A stretch of DNA of 41,270 bases. Source: a virus (taxonomy: Duplodnaviria; Caudoviricetes). The notes below the pieces were generated by a model that saw only the letters and a list, made by a program, of their open reading frames with translations, ran no database searches and was not told where the DNA came from. A program made the position numbers and the translations under genes. Each line of letters starts with the position of its first letter. Within the stretch, counting starts at the first letter, position 1. This document shows, piece after piece, positions 1-9,779 of the stretch. The DNA lies in the IMG/VR virus record IMGVR_UViG_3300035662_000055, positions 1 through 41,270 of that record; one strand, written 5' to 3'.

Positions 1-2
1 CA

Positions 3-3000
3 AGCGAACTATGGCGGGTGATGCTTGAGGAGGCTAGGGCCGCACGGCAGGAAAGCACGTTTCTATCTCGCGTGCTTCGTGCCGGCGAAACCATCGACCC
101 GGCGCGCCACCGACCGGGACTGGAGATTTATTTCCGGTCGCCAATCCCACGTAGCGAACTCGATGCGCTGATCAACAAACTGAACGAAAACGGCGTGGAT
201 TTCTTCACGGTCATTGTTGATGCCCGCCGGAGCACAGAAGCGCAATCTGGAGCGATGGCTGACGCGGTTGGCATCCGCATGCAGTACGTCCCGGAGTTCA
301 TGCAGCGGTATGGAATTGAGGACTTTTCGGGGTTGTCAGAAGCGGAAATCGCAGGTAGAGTGCAGGAGAAAGAAGCGGAGTGGTTATTGCTGGCTGACAA
401 GGTCCGGCGGGTTATGCCGGAGGTGTCATTTGTCGGTGTGTTCTGGCACGAAACTCGGGTCGCATTTGCGGATGCATACGAAAGCGAAATCAATGCAATC
501 ACAACAGGAACGACTACAGGAGATGGTGGACTATCTGCTGGAACACAGTGGGCCGGACAGTCCGTTGGCGAGGGACTTGCAGCAGCAAATCGTTTCGTTG
601 AATCGCGGGCGGCCCGGGCCGAATCCGATGGTGGAGGACAGGTACTTGGCAGGGTTCAAGAAGGGGATCGTGGCGGATTCGCCGAACCAGGCGTAAGAAC
701 TGGATTTGAGCAGGCCGCAGTCGGACCAGCCCGCGGCGGATTCGACCCGCGCACTCTGAACGTCCTCGTCGGCAAGGGTGGCGATGTATCGACGCTCGCG
801 CACGAACTGATCCACCTCCGCGTCGCCGAGTACCTCCGCATGGCGCGTGGCACCACGCCGCCGGCGCGTGTGAACGCCGACCTCGAGACGCTGTTCGGGT
901 TCATGGGCGTGGAGGGCGCGACGTTCCAGGAGCGTCTCGACAACTACGAGACGATGACCATCGACCAGCGCAGGCCGCTGGAGGAGAAGGTCACCTACAA
1001 CTTCGAGATTTACTTGTACGAAGGCAAGGCTCCAAGCGTGGAGCTGCGCGGCGTGTTCGACCGCCTCGCCGCGTGGATGCGCCGCGTGTACAAGTCGATT
1101 CGCGATAACCTGAACGAGATCTATCGCCGCGAGTTCGGCACCGACCTCCCGATCCTCACGCCCGAAGTGCGCTCCGTGTTCGACCGCATGCTCGCTTCCG
1201 AGGAGCAGATCAAGCGGCAGGAGGCCATCGAGGGGATGAAGGGTCTGTTCCAGACACGCGAAGAAGCATTTGCATCTGGCATGGACAATGCCGAGTGGGC
1301 CGCGTACCAGGCCATGCAGCAGGAGGCAACGGAGGCGGCCGTCACCGACCTAAACACCGCAAGCATGCGGCAGGTGCAGTGGCTCGGAAACGCCCGCGCA
1401 CGAATCCTGCGCGACCTCCAGAAAAAGCATGACGCGAAACGCAAGGAGGTCACCGCCGAGGTGGCCGCCGCCGTCAAGGTGGAGCCCGTGTACCGGGCTA
1501 TGACCTACCTGCGCTACGGTCGGTTCGTGGACACGGACGGGGCCGAGGTCGAGGTCGAGGGCACGCACCGCCTGGACATCGAGAAGGTCCGCGCCATGTA
1601 CGCCAGCCTGCCGTCTGCCGAGGGCGTGGAGATGATCCGCGCCACGGGTATGGCCGTGCCGGCGAACGTGCGCCCGGACATCACGCCGCTCGGGACGGGC
1701 AAGTACGGGATGCTCGGCCGCGACGGGCTCGACCCGGACGTGGTGGCCGAGATGTTCGGCTACGGCAGCGGCGACGAGATGGTCCGCGCACTGCTGGCTG
1801 CCAAACCCATGAAGGAGGCCGTGGCCGAGCGGACGGACGCCGAGATGCTGCGGCGCTTCGGCGACATGAACACCCCGGCCGCTCTCGAGGCCGAGGTCCA
1901 GAAGGCGCTCCACAATGAGGCCCGCGCCCGTATGGTCGCAGTGCAGCTGCGGTTCGTGTCCAAGGCGCAGACGCCCGTGCGCGTGATGATGGAGGCCGCC
2001 AAGCAGGTAGCCGCCGACATGATCTCGGACACGACGATCCGCAATCTGCGACCGAACGACTTCGTAGCTGCCGAGGCGCGGGCGGCTAGGGACTCCGAGT
2101 ACCTCGTCAAGTACGAGGCGCAACCGCGCATCCGCGGCCGTGCCGAATATGACCGCGTCCGTCTCGCGGCGCTCGCCGCCGGAAGCACGGAGGAGGACGC
2201 CAGTATCGCCGCCACGGCGGCGCAGGAGGCGTTCATTGCGGCGCAGACGGAGGCTCGGTCGCAGGAGTTCCGCGAGCGGTTCGGGCCGACCACGCCACAG
2301 GAAGCACTGATCCGAGCCCAGCGTGCGCAGCTCTACCAGAACCAGCTCGCAGCCGAGGCGCTCCGCGTGAAGGAGTACGTGGACAAGCAGGTCAAGTACC
2401 TGCGCGGCGTGATGCGCGACAGCAACGTCAAGCGCATGGGTGCCGCTGCGGCCGACCAGGTCGCCGGCCTGCTCGAGCGGTTTGAGGTGGCCCCGGTCAG
2501 CCTCAAGCGTCTTGACGAGCGTCGGTCGATGGCGCAGTTCCTCGCCGACCTCGAGGCCGCTGGCGTGGTGCCGGACATCGCCGAGGAAATCGCGAACGAG
2601 GCCCGCCGCGTCAACTACAAGGAGCTCAAGGTCAGCGAGTTCCGCGACCTGGTGGACGCCGTCAGGCAGATCGAGCACATCGGCAAGAACGAGCAGAAGA
2701 TGCGTCTGGCCGAGGAGCGTGCTGCGTTTGAGGAAGTGCGCGACGATGTGGTTACTCGCATCCGTGCGGTCGGCAAGGTGCGCGAGCTCCAGATCGACCC
2801 TCGTACACCGCTGACCGGGATCGGCCGCACGGCGGCGTTCCTGCGCGGATTTGCGGCGCAGCACCTGAAGGCCGCGTCCATTGCCCGCATCCTTGACGGC
2901 GGCAAGGAGGATGGTCCGCTTTGGAACGCCATCATCCGCACGGCGAACGACGCCTCCGACATGGAGACGCGCATGCGGGCCGAGGCGTCCCTGAAGCTCG

Positions 3001-4772
3001 GCGAGATCCTGAAGCCCGTGTTCGCCCTCGGCGGCATGGGTGGTAAGGGGATGTTCTTCCCGTCCATCAACCGCAGCCTGAACCGCGAGGCTAGGATCGC
3101 CATTGCCCTGAACCTCGGCAACGACGGCAACCGCCAGCGCCTGCTCGACGGCGAGGGCTGGACGCTTGAGCAGCTCCAGCCCGTACTCGAGAGCCTGACC
3201 GAGGCCGAGTGGCTGGCCGTGCAGAAGGTGTGGGACTTTATCGACGGCTACCGCCCGGAGATCGCCGCCAAGGAGCGACGCCTGTACGGCAAGGAGCCCG
3301 AGTGGGTAAAGCCCACCCCGTTCACCGTCCGCACGTCGGACGGCAAGGAGGTCGCCTTGCAGGGCGGCTATTACCCGGTCAAGTACGACCCGGTGGCCTC
3401 CGACCGCGTGGCGACCGTGGACGCCGCAGAAGAAGCCAAGCGCGACCTTCAGGGCGCGTACACGGCGGCCACGACGCGGCGGTCGTTCGTCAAGGCACGT
3501 GCGAAGGAGGTCCGCGATAGGCCGCTCCTGTACACGCTCGACGCCGCCTTCAGCGGTGTCAACGACGTGATCCACGACCTGGCGTGGCACGAGTGGCTCA
3601 TCTCGACGAACCGCCTGCTGCGCGACGTGAAGTTCGCCAACGCCGTCCGCGAGACACGGGGGCCGGAGTTCCTGAAGCAGCTGCGCGACTGGACGAAGGA
3701 CAACGCCACCGGGGCGCGTGGTCAGCAGGTCGCCGGCGAGTCGGTGCTGTCCTGGCTGCGGCAGGGGATCAGCGCGTCGGGCCTCGGGTTCAACGTGGTC
3801 AGCGCGGCCATGCAGGTCACCGGGTTCAACCAGAGCATCGTGCGGGTGGGCGCCAAGTACATCGGGCAGGGCATCGTGCAGTTCTCGACCAGCCCGTTCG
3901 AGTCGGCCAAGACGGTCGCCGAGAAGAGCTCGTTCATGGCCGAGCGTGGCCGCACGCAGTTCCGCGAGATCAACGAGATCAAGAACCGTGTACGCGGACA
4001 GACAGAGGTGGCACGCCGGGTGACGGCTGGCACCTACTTCCTGATGATGAACATGCAGCGGTCGGTGGACATCCCGACGTGGCTCGGCGCGTACCAGAAG
4101 GCGCTCGACGCCGGGAAGGACGATGCCAAGGCCGTGGCGCTCGCCGACCAGGCGGTGCGCGACTCGCAGGGCAGCGGCCTCGTCTCGGACCTCGCGGCCG
4201 TGGAACGCGGCGGTCCTGCCATGAAGCTGTTCACGGTGTTCTACTCGTACATGAACAACGTCTACAACATGACCGCCGTGCAGACGATGACGGCCCGCGG
4301 CAAGGGCAAGCTGGCCGCCGACTACGCCATGCTGCTGGTGGTCCCGGTCGTGCTCGGATACGCCATCAAGAGCGCCATCCAGCCCGACGCCGGCGATGAC
4401 GAACTCGACCCCGAGGCGCTCGCCCGCAAGCTCGCTGCCGAGGAGCTGTCGTACCTGATGGGCACGATGGTGATCGTCCGCGAGTTCGGCGGGGCAGCGC
4501 AGCTCCTGACGGGCGCAGAGGGCGCTCGCATGGGCTACGGCGGCCCTGCCGGCCTCCGGGCCGTGGGCGAGGTCTACGGGCTTGCCACGCAGGCGGGGCA
4601 GCTCGAGTTCGACCGCGCCTTCCGCAGGGCTGCCATCAACACGCTCGGTGCGTTCACCGGGCTCCCGAGCGCCCAGATCAACCGCACCATCGACGGCATT
4701 GAGGCGTTGGTGGAAGGCGAGGTCGAAGGGCCGTCCGCCGTGCTCGCGCCGCTGACTGGCGTGCAGCGTTAG
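3..4772 (+). CDS. Giant polyvalent internal virion (ejection) protein, C-terminal part; 5'-truncated, with 1-1148 an alternative allele
   Basis: The frame is open to the contig edge (track ORF 18..4772, 1584 aa). HELIH zincin motif at 801-815, then a long helical C-terminal region. It sits directly upstream of the tailspike, as the largest internal virion protein does in podoviruses, and continues the ORF starting at 35390 through the circular join. Confidence 0.85.
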   Translation, partial: SELWRVMLEEARAARQESTFLSRVLRAGETIDPARHRPGLEIYFRSPIPRSELDALINKLNENGVDFFTVIVDARRSTEAQSGAMADAVGIRMQYVPEFMQRYGIEDFSGLSEAEIAGRVQEKEAEWLLLADKVRRVMPEVSFVGVFWHETRVAFADAYESEINAITTGTTTGDGGLSAGTQWAGQSVGEGLAAANRFVESRAARAESDGGGQVLGRVQEGDRGGFAEPGVRTGFEQAAVGPARGGFDPRTLNVLVGKGGDVSTLAHELIHLRVAEYLRMARGTTPPARVNADLETLFGFMGVEGATFQERLDNYETMTIDQRRPLEEKVTYNFEIYLYEGKAPSVELRGVFDRLAAWMRRVYKSIRDNLNEIYRREFGTDLPILTPEVRSVFDRMLASEEQIKRQEAIEGMKGLFQTREEAFASGMDNAEWAAYQAMQQEATEAAVTDLNTASMRQVQWLGNARARILRDLQKKHDAKRKEVTAEVAAAVKVEPVYRAMTYLRYGRFVDTDGAEVEVEGTHRLDIEKVRAMYASLPSAEGVEMIRATGMAVPANVRPDITPLGTGKYGMLGRDGLDPDVVAEMFGYGSGDEMVRALLAAKPMKEAVAERTDAEMLRRFGDMNTPAALEAEVQKALHNEARARMVAVQLRFVSKAQTPVRVMMEAAKQVAADMISDTTIRNLRPNDFVAAEARAARDSEYLVKYEAQPRIRGRAEYDRVRLAALAAGSTEEDASIAATAAQEAFIAAQTEARSQEFRERFGPTTPQEALIRAQRAQLYQNQLAAEALRVKEYVDKQVKYLRGVMRDSNVKRMGAAAADQVAGLLERFEVAPVSLKRLDERRSMAQFLADLEAAGVVPDIAEEIANEARRVNYKELKVSEFRDLVDAVRQIEHIGKNEQKMRLAEERAAFEEVRDDVVTRIRAVGKVRELQIDPRTPLTGIGRTAAFLRGFAAQHLKAASIARILDGGKEDGPLWNAIIRTANDASDMETRMRAEASLKLGEILKPVFALGGMGGKGMFFPSINRSLNREARIAIALNLGNDGNRQRLLDGEGWTLEQLQPVLESLTEAEWLAVQKVWDFIDGYRPEIAAKERRLYGKEPEWVKPTPFTVRTSDGKEVALQGGYYPVKYDPVASDRVATVDAAEEAKRDLQGAYTAATTRRSFVKARAKEVRDRPLLYTLDAAFSGVNDVIHDLAWHEWLISTNRLLRDVKFANAVRETRGPEFLKQLRDWTKDNATGARGQQVAGESVLSWLRQGISASGLGFNVVSAAMQVTGFNQSIVRVGAKYIGQGIVQFSTSPFESAKTVAEKSSFMAERGRTQFREINEIKNRVRGQTEVARRVTAGTYFLMMNMQRSVDIPTWLGAYQKALDAGKDDAKAVALADQAVRDSQGSGLVSDLAAVERGGPAMKLFTVFYSYMNNVYNMTAVQTMTARGKGKLAADYAMLLVVPVVLGYAIKSAIQPDAGDDELDPEALARKLAAEELSYLMGTMVIVREFGGAAQLLTGAEGARMGYGGPAGLRAVGEVYGLATQAGQLEFDRAFRRAAINTLGAFTGLPSAQINRTIDGIEALVEGEVEGPSAVLAPLTGVQR
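708..1275 (+). repeat. Copy 1 of a 568-bp direct repeat (copy 2 at 40703-41270)
   Basis: Colinear with no indels. About 50 mismatches in the first 441 nt by manual count, many synonymous; the last 127 nt (1149-1275) are identical to 41144-41270. Confidence 0.95.
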
Positions 4773-4803
4773 TACCCGTAACCGTACCCGTGATCCGTAG
4801 CCT
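4772..4803 (+). promoter_or_regulatory. Putative late promoter GTACCCGTA-N17-TAGCCT
   Basis: Same 9-mer and 17-nt spacing to a TANNNT hexamer as at 24060 and 26601; intergenic, upstream of the tailspike. Confidence 0.75.
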
Positions 4804-4827
4804 CCGATACGCCGAGGAACACCCGAG

Positions 4828-6669
4828 ATGACGATTAGCAGCACTACCCGCATCGCTGGCCCGTTCTTGAGCGGCACCGCGCTGCCATTCACGTTCAAGG
4901 TATTTACGGCCGCCGACCTCGAGGTCGTGCGCCTGAACACTTCAACGGGCGTTGAAACGTCGCTTGTTCTTGGCAGCGACTATACGGTCGCGTTGAACGG
5001 CAACCAGAACACGAACCCTGGCGGCACGGTGAATCTGACGGTGGCCGCCTCGGCGACGAGCACGGTCACGATCACGTCGGACATCGCCAACCTTCAGCCG
5101 ACCGACCTGACGAACCAGGGCGGGTTCTACCCCGAGGTCATCACGGACGCGCTGGACCGGGCCACGATCCAGATCCAGCAGATGTCCGAAGACGTCGGCC
5201 GCAGCCTGAAGGGGCCGATCTCGGACGGCAGCCTCAACATGGAGCTGCAAACGGCCGCACTCCGTGCGAACAAGTATCTGGTATTCGATGCAAACGGACT
5301 CCCGATTACGTCCACCGGGAGCGGAACGGACACCGCGCTTCGGACGGATCTTGCCAATACTGGCATCATTACTGCCGGGGCTGGACTCGTCGGATTTCGC
5401 AACGCGGACGCTTCGTCGGTCGGAAGGACTGTGCTGTCCAAGCTCCGAGATGTCGTGAGCGTGAAGGACTTCGGGGCGGTGGGAGATGGGGTGGCGGATG
5501 ACACGACTGCCATTGCAAACAGCATTGCCGCAGCTGCCGGAAAGACGCTGACGCTCCCGCCCGGAACGTATCTCGTTGACGCATTCGACATGTCAACGAA
5601 CAAGCCAGTCGCCGTGCTCGGGCCGGGAGCGACGATCAAGGCCAGGACGGTTACGGCTGGTGCGCTCGTTCTCATCGAGAACCCGCACGCCGGGACGAAC
5701 GAGGCATTCCGTTTCGATGTCAAGATGGTTGACGCGGATGGCAAGGCAACGTATGCCGTGCGAATCCACGGCGGACAGAACATGCAGATGTCGTTCTCTG
5801 CGAAGAATGCAACGAGTCATGGTGTGTGGCTCGACGCTGCATCTGGATACGGTATCTATTACTCACGGTTCTCAATCGACTCCACGTACAACGGCGGCAG
5901 CGGCGTGTTCATGGAGACAACAGATGCCGCATACCGCATCGCCAACAACGTGTTCATGGGTGTTGCACAGAACAACCTGTCGCACGGTTGGTCGATGAAC
6001 TACGCGCAGAACACGTTCGTCGGGTGTGGCGCAGAGCTCAACAACGGGTTCGGGTTCAATGTCGATTTCTCGCTCTCGAACGACTTCTGCGGTGGCTACA
6101 GCGAGAACAACCATCAGAACGAGGCGCAGGGCGGAACGACTGATGGCAGCCCAGATGAATCGTTTAACCTGACCGCAAACGCAGCGCGAACGAAGATCCT
6201 CGGCGGCCGTCACATCGGCGCGATCTCTGGAACGACCACTGGCGTCGGAAAGCTCCTGCTTCCTTCCGCAGCTGCGTTTGACGGTTTCGCGCTCGAGGGA
6301 ACGATGGCGACATCGTTGCCGGGAACGCTCAAGACGGCCGGCGGCCTTGGTGTCAATGGCGCAACGCCCGCGGCGAACACGATCAATATCACCGGGACAG
6401 GTTCGCCGACTGCGTTCTCATACATTCAGACAAGCGGTACGACAGCCGCGCAATTCGGCACCGACCAAAGCGTGCGAGCTCTTGGGCCGCTGTTCGCAAG
6501 TGGCGTTGCCGTTGGCCTGTATGCAGGATCGGGAACACCGGAGGGCGTTGTTACGGCAAACAAGAGCAGCATTTTCCTGCGGACTGACGGAACTGCCGGG
6601 AGCCCTGGCACGCTTGTGTATCTCAAGGAAACCGGAACAGGAAACACGGGGTGGGTCGCCAAATGGTAA
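4828..6669 (+). CDS. Tailspike / tail fibre with beta-helix (pectate lyase 3-like) receptor-binding domain
   Basis: N-terminal podoviral anchor (FTFKVF..DL.V..GSDYTV), SVKDFGAVGDGVADDT motif, Asn/Gly-rich beta-helix, C-terminal GSGTPEG..YLKETGTGNTGW; GAGG SD upstream. Confidence 0.88.
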   Translation: MTISSTTRIAGPFLSGTALPFTFKVFTAADLEVVRLNTSTGVETSLVLGSDYTVALNGNQNTNPGGTVNLTVAASATSTVTITSDIANLQPTDLTNQGGFYPEVITDALDRATIQIQQMSEDVGRSLKGPISDGSLNMELQTAALRANKYLVFDANGLPITSTGSGTDTALRTDLANTGIITAGAGLVGFRNADASSVGRTVLSKLRDVVSVKDFGAVGDGVADDTTAIANSIAAAAGKTLTLPPGTYLVDAFDMSTNKPVAVLGPGATIKARTVTAGALVLIENPHAGTNEAFRFDVKMVDADGKATYAVRIHGGQNMQMSFSAKNATSHGVWLDAASGYGIYYSRFSIDSTYNGGSGVFMETTDAAYRIANNVFMGVAQNNLSHGWSMNYAQNTFVGCGAELNNGFGFNVDFSLSNDFCGGYSENNHQNEAQGGTTDGSPDESFNLTANAARTKILGGRHIGAISGTTTGVGKLLLPSAAAFDGFALEGTMATSLPGTLKTAGGLGVNGATPAANTINITGTGSPTAFSYIQTSGTTAAQFGTDQSVRALGPLFASGVAVGLYAGSGTPEGVVTANKSSIFLRTDGTAGSPGTLVYLKETGTGNTGWVAKW

Positions 6670-6845
6670 AGCGCATCTATCGAGATTCAAGCGGTGCCGT
6701 CATCAACGTCGGCGAATGGCAATACATCAACGCCATTTCCGAGGACGGAACCGTGTACCAGACAAACCCCATTCCGGCAGGTGCGACGTTCTCCGACGAG
6801 GAAGTCGATGTTCGTCCTGACGGGAGCATTGTCATTCCCAACTGA
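6663..6845 (+). CDS. Small protein after tailspike (possible assembly chaperone)
   Basis: ATG at 6663 overlaps the end of the tailspike; 60 aa MVKRIYRDSSGAVINVGEW...; function inferred from position only. Confidence 0.6.
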   Translation: MVKRIYRDSSGAVINVGEWQYINAISEDGTVYQTNPIPAGATFSDEEVDVRPDGSIVIPN

Positions 6846-6847
6846 CC

Positions 6848-7072
6848 ATGACCACCCCCCACCACGACGAACTGTTCCTCGCCATCGGCCGCCTTGAGGG
6901 CAAGGTCGATTCGTTGCTCGCCATGCAGCAGCGGACGCAGGAGGAGCTCAAGGACCACGACATTCGCCTGCGCTCGCTCGAGCACTCGCGTGGATACATG
7001 CTCGGCTGGGCGGCGGCCATCGGGGCCATGTTCAGCTTCGCCGCGAACTACCTCATCAAGCATCTCTCGTAA
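6848..7072 (+). CDS. Coiled-coil protein with C-terminal transmembrane helix (holin/XhlA-like candidate)
   Basis: IGRLEGKVDSLL heptads, RLRSLE, then hydrophobic YMLGWAAAIGAMFSFAA. Confidence 0.6.
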   Translation: MTTPHHDELFLAIGRLEGKVDSLLAMQQRTQEELKDHDIRLRSLEHSRGYMLGWAAAIGAMFSFAANYLIKHLS

Positions 7073-7081
7073 GGACACACC

Positions 7082-7624
7082 ATGCCTACCGACATCATCA
7101 TCGCCACGGACAAGCCGAACTACCTGACCACCGGGCTGGTCACCGCCAGCAGCGGCACGTACGACACGGCCGTCCCGACCGCCACGCTTCCGTCCACGAC
7201 CGGGCAGACCTTCTTGGTTCCGACGAATCTCGGCGACAAGCCGAGCCTCCTGCGCCTCGTTCCGTTCCACAGCGCGAACAACGCGACCACGCCGAGCTTC
7301 CGTGTGATCGGGTGGACGACCTACGTGCAGACGAGCGGAACGCCGATCTACGTCCCGACGATGCTCGCCGACTGCGCTTGCTCTTACAACGCCACTGCTG
7401 GCAACATCCCGAGCCTGTCGGTGAACGGGACCACGCAGTACTTCTTCCACCAGATCGTTGTTGGCACGGGCGTCCCCACGGTGAACATCTACACGCCTGG
7501 TACGTCAGCTGCCGCCGGCACGCCTCCTGCCTGCGTTGTGCTCGACACCATCGGAGTGCAGTACGTGACCGTGCAGGTTGAGTCGAGCACCGGCACGATG
7601 GGTTGCTTCTACGCCTTCCTCTGA
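7082..7624 (+). CDS. Hypothetical Thr-rich beta protein, probably virion-associated
   Basis: AAGGA SD, high-GC3 codon usage, 180 aa Thr/Val/Gly-rich. Confidence 0.7.
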   Translation: MPTDIIIATDKPNYLTTGLVTASSGTYDTAVPTATLPSTTGQTFLVPTNLGDKPSLLRLVPFHSANNATTPSFRVIGWTTYVQTSGTPIYVPTMLADCACSYNATAGNIPSLSVNGTTQYFFHQIVVGTGVPTVNIYTPGTSAAAGTPPACVVLDTIGVQYVTVQVESSTGTMGCFYAFL

Positions 7625-7636
7625 TCGGAGTCCGCG

Positions 7637-8989
7637 ATGCGGTATGACGTAGGCAGATTCCGTCGCCCGATGCGGCGTGGTGTGATGGAGCAGATGGTGT
7701 CGCTGATTTCTCTCGGCGACGGCTCCACGCTCACGCTGGACTTCACCACGGGCGTCCTCGACTCGCGCCTGACGTTCACGCGGGCGAGTACGACGGCGAC
7801 GTACATCAATTCGAGCGGATACGTCACGACGGCAGGCACGAACGTCCCCCGCTTCGACCACGACCCGACCACGCTGGCACCGCGAGGGCTGCTGGTGGAG
7901 GGGCAGAGTGTCAATAGCGTCAACTGGAGCGAGTCGTTTGCGACGAGCGGCAGCGGAACCCTATGGAACTACAACACCTATGTCACCCGCAATGCCACGC
8001 AAATCACGGGGCCGGATGGCGGCACCTCCGCATACCAGTTCAACGAAACCACGGACAACCAGATTCACCGTATCAGCACGTCGGTGACAGGGTCGGCCGG
8101 AGCGATTTCAATCAGCGTATGGGCAAAGGTGCTGGATACCAACGCGCCTCGCCGGCTGTATGTCAACGCACTCAACTACATGGGCGCAGGCGCATTGTTT
8201 GATCTCGACCCTGCCGTCCAAACTGGAGCAAGCGGCTCGGCCGTGGCGACATCGGGAACAGCAGCGAATCGCGCCGGGACATGGGTTAAGTACCCGAACA
8301 ACTGGTATCGCGTGACGCTTGTTGGCACCTATGTGACCAACCAGACGATGTACCTACAGATCAACCGCGCCAGCAGCACCACGGCATCCGACGACACCTT
8401 CGCCGGATCAACGAGCAACGGACTTGCGCTGTGGGGCTGTCAGGTCGAGCAGGGCTCCGGTGCCTCCTCGTACATCCCCACGGGCGCGAGTCAGGCGACG
8501 AGGAATGCGGATATCTGCACGATGAACGACATCACCGCGCTGAACTACAGCACCACCAACGGGACGATGCTGTATGTCGGGCGATTCACGCAGATCAACT
8601 CTTCTTCTTTCCCGACTCGCGCCGGATTCCAACAGGCTGGCGGAAACAATCCGGGTTTCGAGATATTCACGAATGGATCATTGATCTTCTCGGCGGCTCG
8701 TAGCGCGCCTGCCAACCCGGAGCGTAGTACCACAATTACCACGAACTCAAGCATCAAGTTTGCGACGGCATTCGACGCAAGCCTCGCAAGCAACGAGGTC
8801 ACCATTTGTCTGAATGGCGGCACGGTCTTGGGTTCATCCGCGACCGGGTTGACGGCCACATACGCACCGACGATCTTCGCACTCGGAAGGGCCGGATACG
8901 AACTGTTCTATCCAAGCGGAACCATCGCACAAGTGAAGTACTGGCCCACGACTCTCCCCAACGCCCAACTTCAGAGCCTCACCACATGA
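7637..8989 (+). CDS. Second fibre/lectin-like (LamG/concanavalin-like) virion protein
   Basis: LDF..LDSRLTFTRAS.ATY, PRFDHDP.T...GLLVE and WG.QVEQG..ASSYIPT motifs typical of phage fibre proteins. Confidence 0.75.
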   Translation: MRYDVGRFRRPMRRGVMEQMVSLISLGDGSTLTLDFTTGVLDSRLTFTRASTTATYINSSGYVTTAGTNVPRFDHDPTTLAPRGLLVEGQSVNSVNWSESFATSGSGTLWNYNTYVTRNATQITGPDGGTSAYQFNETTDNQIHRISTSVTGSAGAISISVWAKVLDTNAPRRLYVNALNYMGAGALFDLDPAVQTGASGSAVATSGTAANRAGTWVKYPNNWYRVTLVGTYVTNQTMYLQINRASSTTASDDTFAGSTSNGLALWGCQVEQGSGASSYIPTGASQATRNADICTMNDITALNYSTTNGTMLYVGRFTQINSSSFPTRAGFQQAGGNNPGFEIFTNGSLIFSAARSAPANPERSTTITTNSSIKFATAFDASLASNEVTICLNGGTVLGSSATGLTATYAPTIFALGRAGYELFYPSGTIAQVKYWPTTLPNAQLQSLTT

Positions 8990-9291
8990 CCGACTACATG
9001 CTCCGCACCGACACCGAGGCGCAGATGGACGATGCGCTGGAAGCCGCAGGACTGCTGGTCGAGATTGATCAGGGCGACGGCGAACTGGTCCTCATGCCTG
9101 TCGCTGGCTGCTATGTGGACCGCATCGGGGCGATCCCCGCGAAACTCGACCCCGAGGGCGAGGTGATCCGGCCGAGCGACACCCGGTTCCACGCCAACAT
9201 CCGCGTCACGTTCGAGCTCACGCCCGAGCAGATCGAGGCGCTGCCGACGTTCACGCCCGAGCCTGGCATCCCGTACCGGGTGTTCGCGTGA
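8986..9291 (+). CDS. Small acidic protein downstream of fibre gene (chaperone candidate)
   Basis: ATGA overlap at 8986 (MTDYMLRTDTEAQM...HANIR...PYRVFA). Confidence 0.7.
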   Translation: MTDYMLRTDTEAQMDDALEAAGLLVEIDQGDGELVLMPVAGCYVDRIGAIPAKLDPEGEVIRPSDTRFHANIRVTFELTPEQIEALPTFTPEPGIPYRVFA

Positions 9292-9779
9292 GGGCGATTG
9301 TCCTCGTCTTGTTCCTAGCCGGGTGCAACCCGGTCGCACGGATCTCCTCCAACGCGACCGCCATCCGCAACGAGGCCGGGGCGCTCATCGACCACGGAAA
9401 CGCCATCGGTGACCAGGTCGTGGTGCAGGGCGCAACCCGCATCGACGAACACGCAGCCGCGATCCACGGCGACATCCCGAACGTGCAGGCGATCACCCCG
9501 GCGTGGCTGTCCACCCTGAAGTGGTGGGGCATCGCGCTGGCGGTCGCCGGCGTGGCGTTCGTCCTATGGCAGAGCGGGGCGTTTACCGCTGTCCGCATCG
9601 CCATAGGGTGGCTGCCTCGCCGGAAGGTGGCAGCCGCCGAGCTCGCCGTCAGTACACTAGACCCCTCCCGTCCCGAGGGGGACAGGGAACTCGTCACGCT
9701 GCTCCGGGCGGACCCGGAGTTCGACGCGGCGTTCAAACGCGCCAAGGGGCGCAGAAAGACACAGGATGATTCTCGCTGA
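9288..9779 (+). CDS. Lipoprotein with internal transmembrane helix (unimolecular-spanin-like topology)
   Basis: Signal peptide with lipobox LAGC, ~65-aa spacer, TM segment WWGIALAVAGVAFVLW; GTGA overlap with the upstream gene. Confidence 0.6.
   Translation: MRAIVLVLFLAGCNPVARISSNATAIRNEAGALIDHGNAIGDQVVVQGATRIDEHAAAIHGDIPNVQAITPAWLSTLKWWGIALAVAGVAFVLWQSGAFTAVRIAIGWLPRRKVAAAELAVSTLDPSRPEGDRELVTLLRADPEFDAAFKRAKGRRKTQDDSR

Noticed and set aside
1350-4940. Long antisense ORFs (1196 aa here; also 26820-29144, 31403-32917, 36026-37330)
   Set aside because: Shadow frames of high-GC3 genes with strong motifs on the opposite strand; low-complexity Arg/His/Gly-rich translations.
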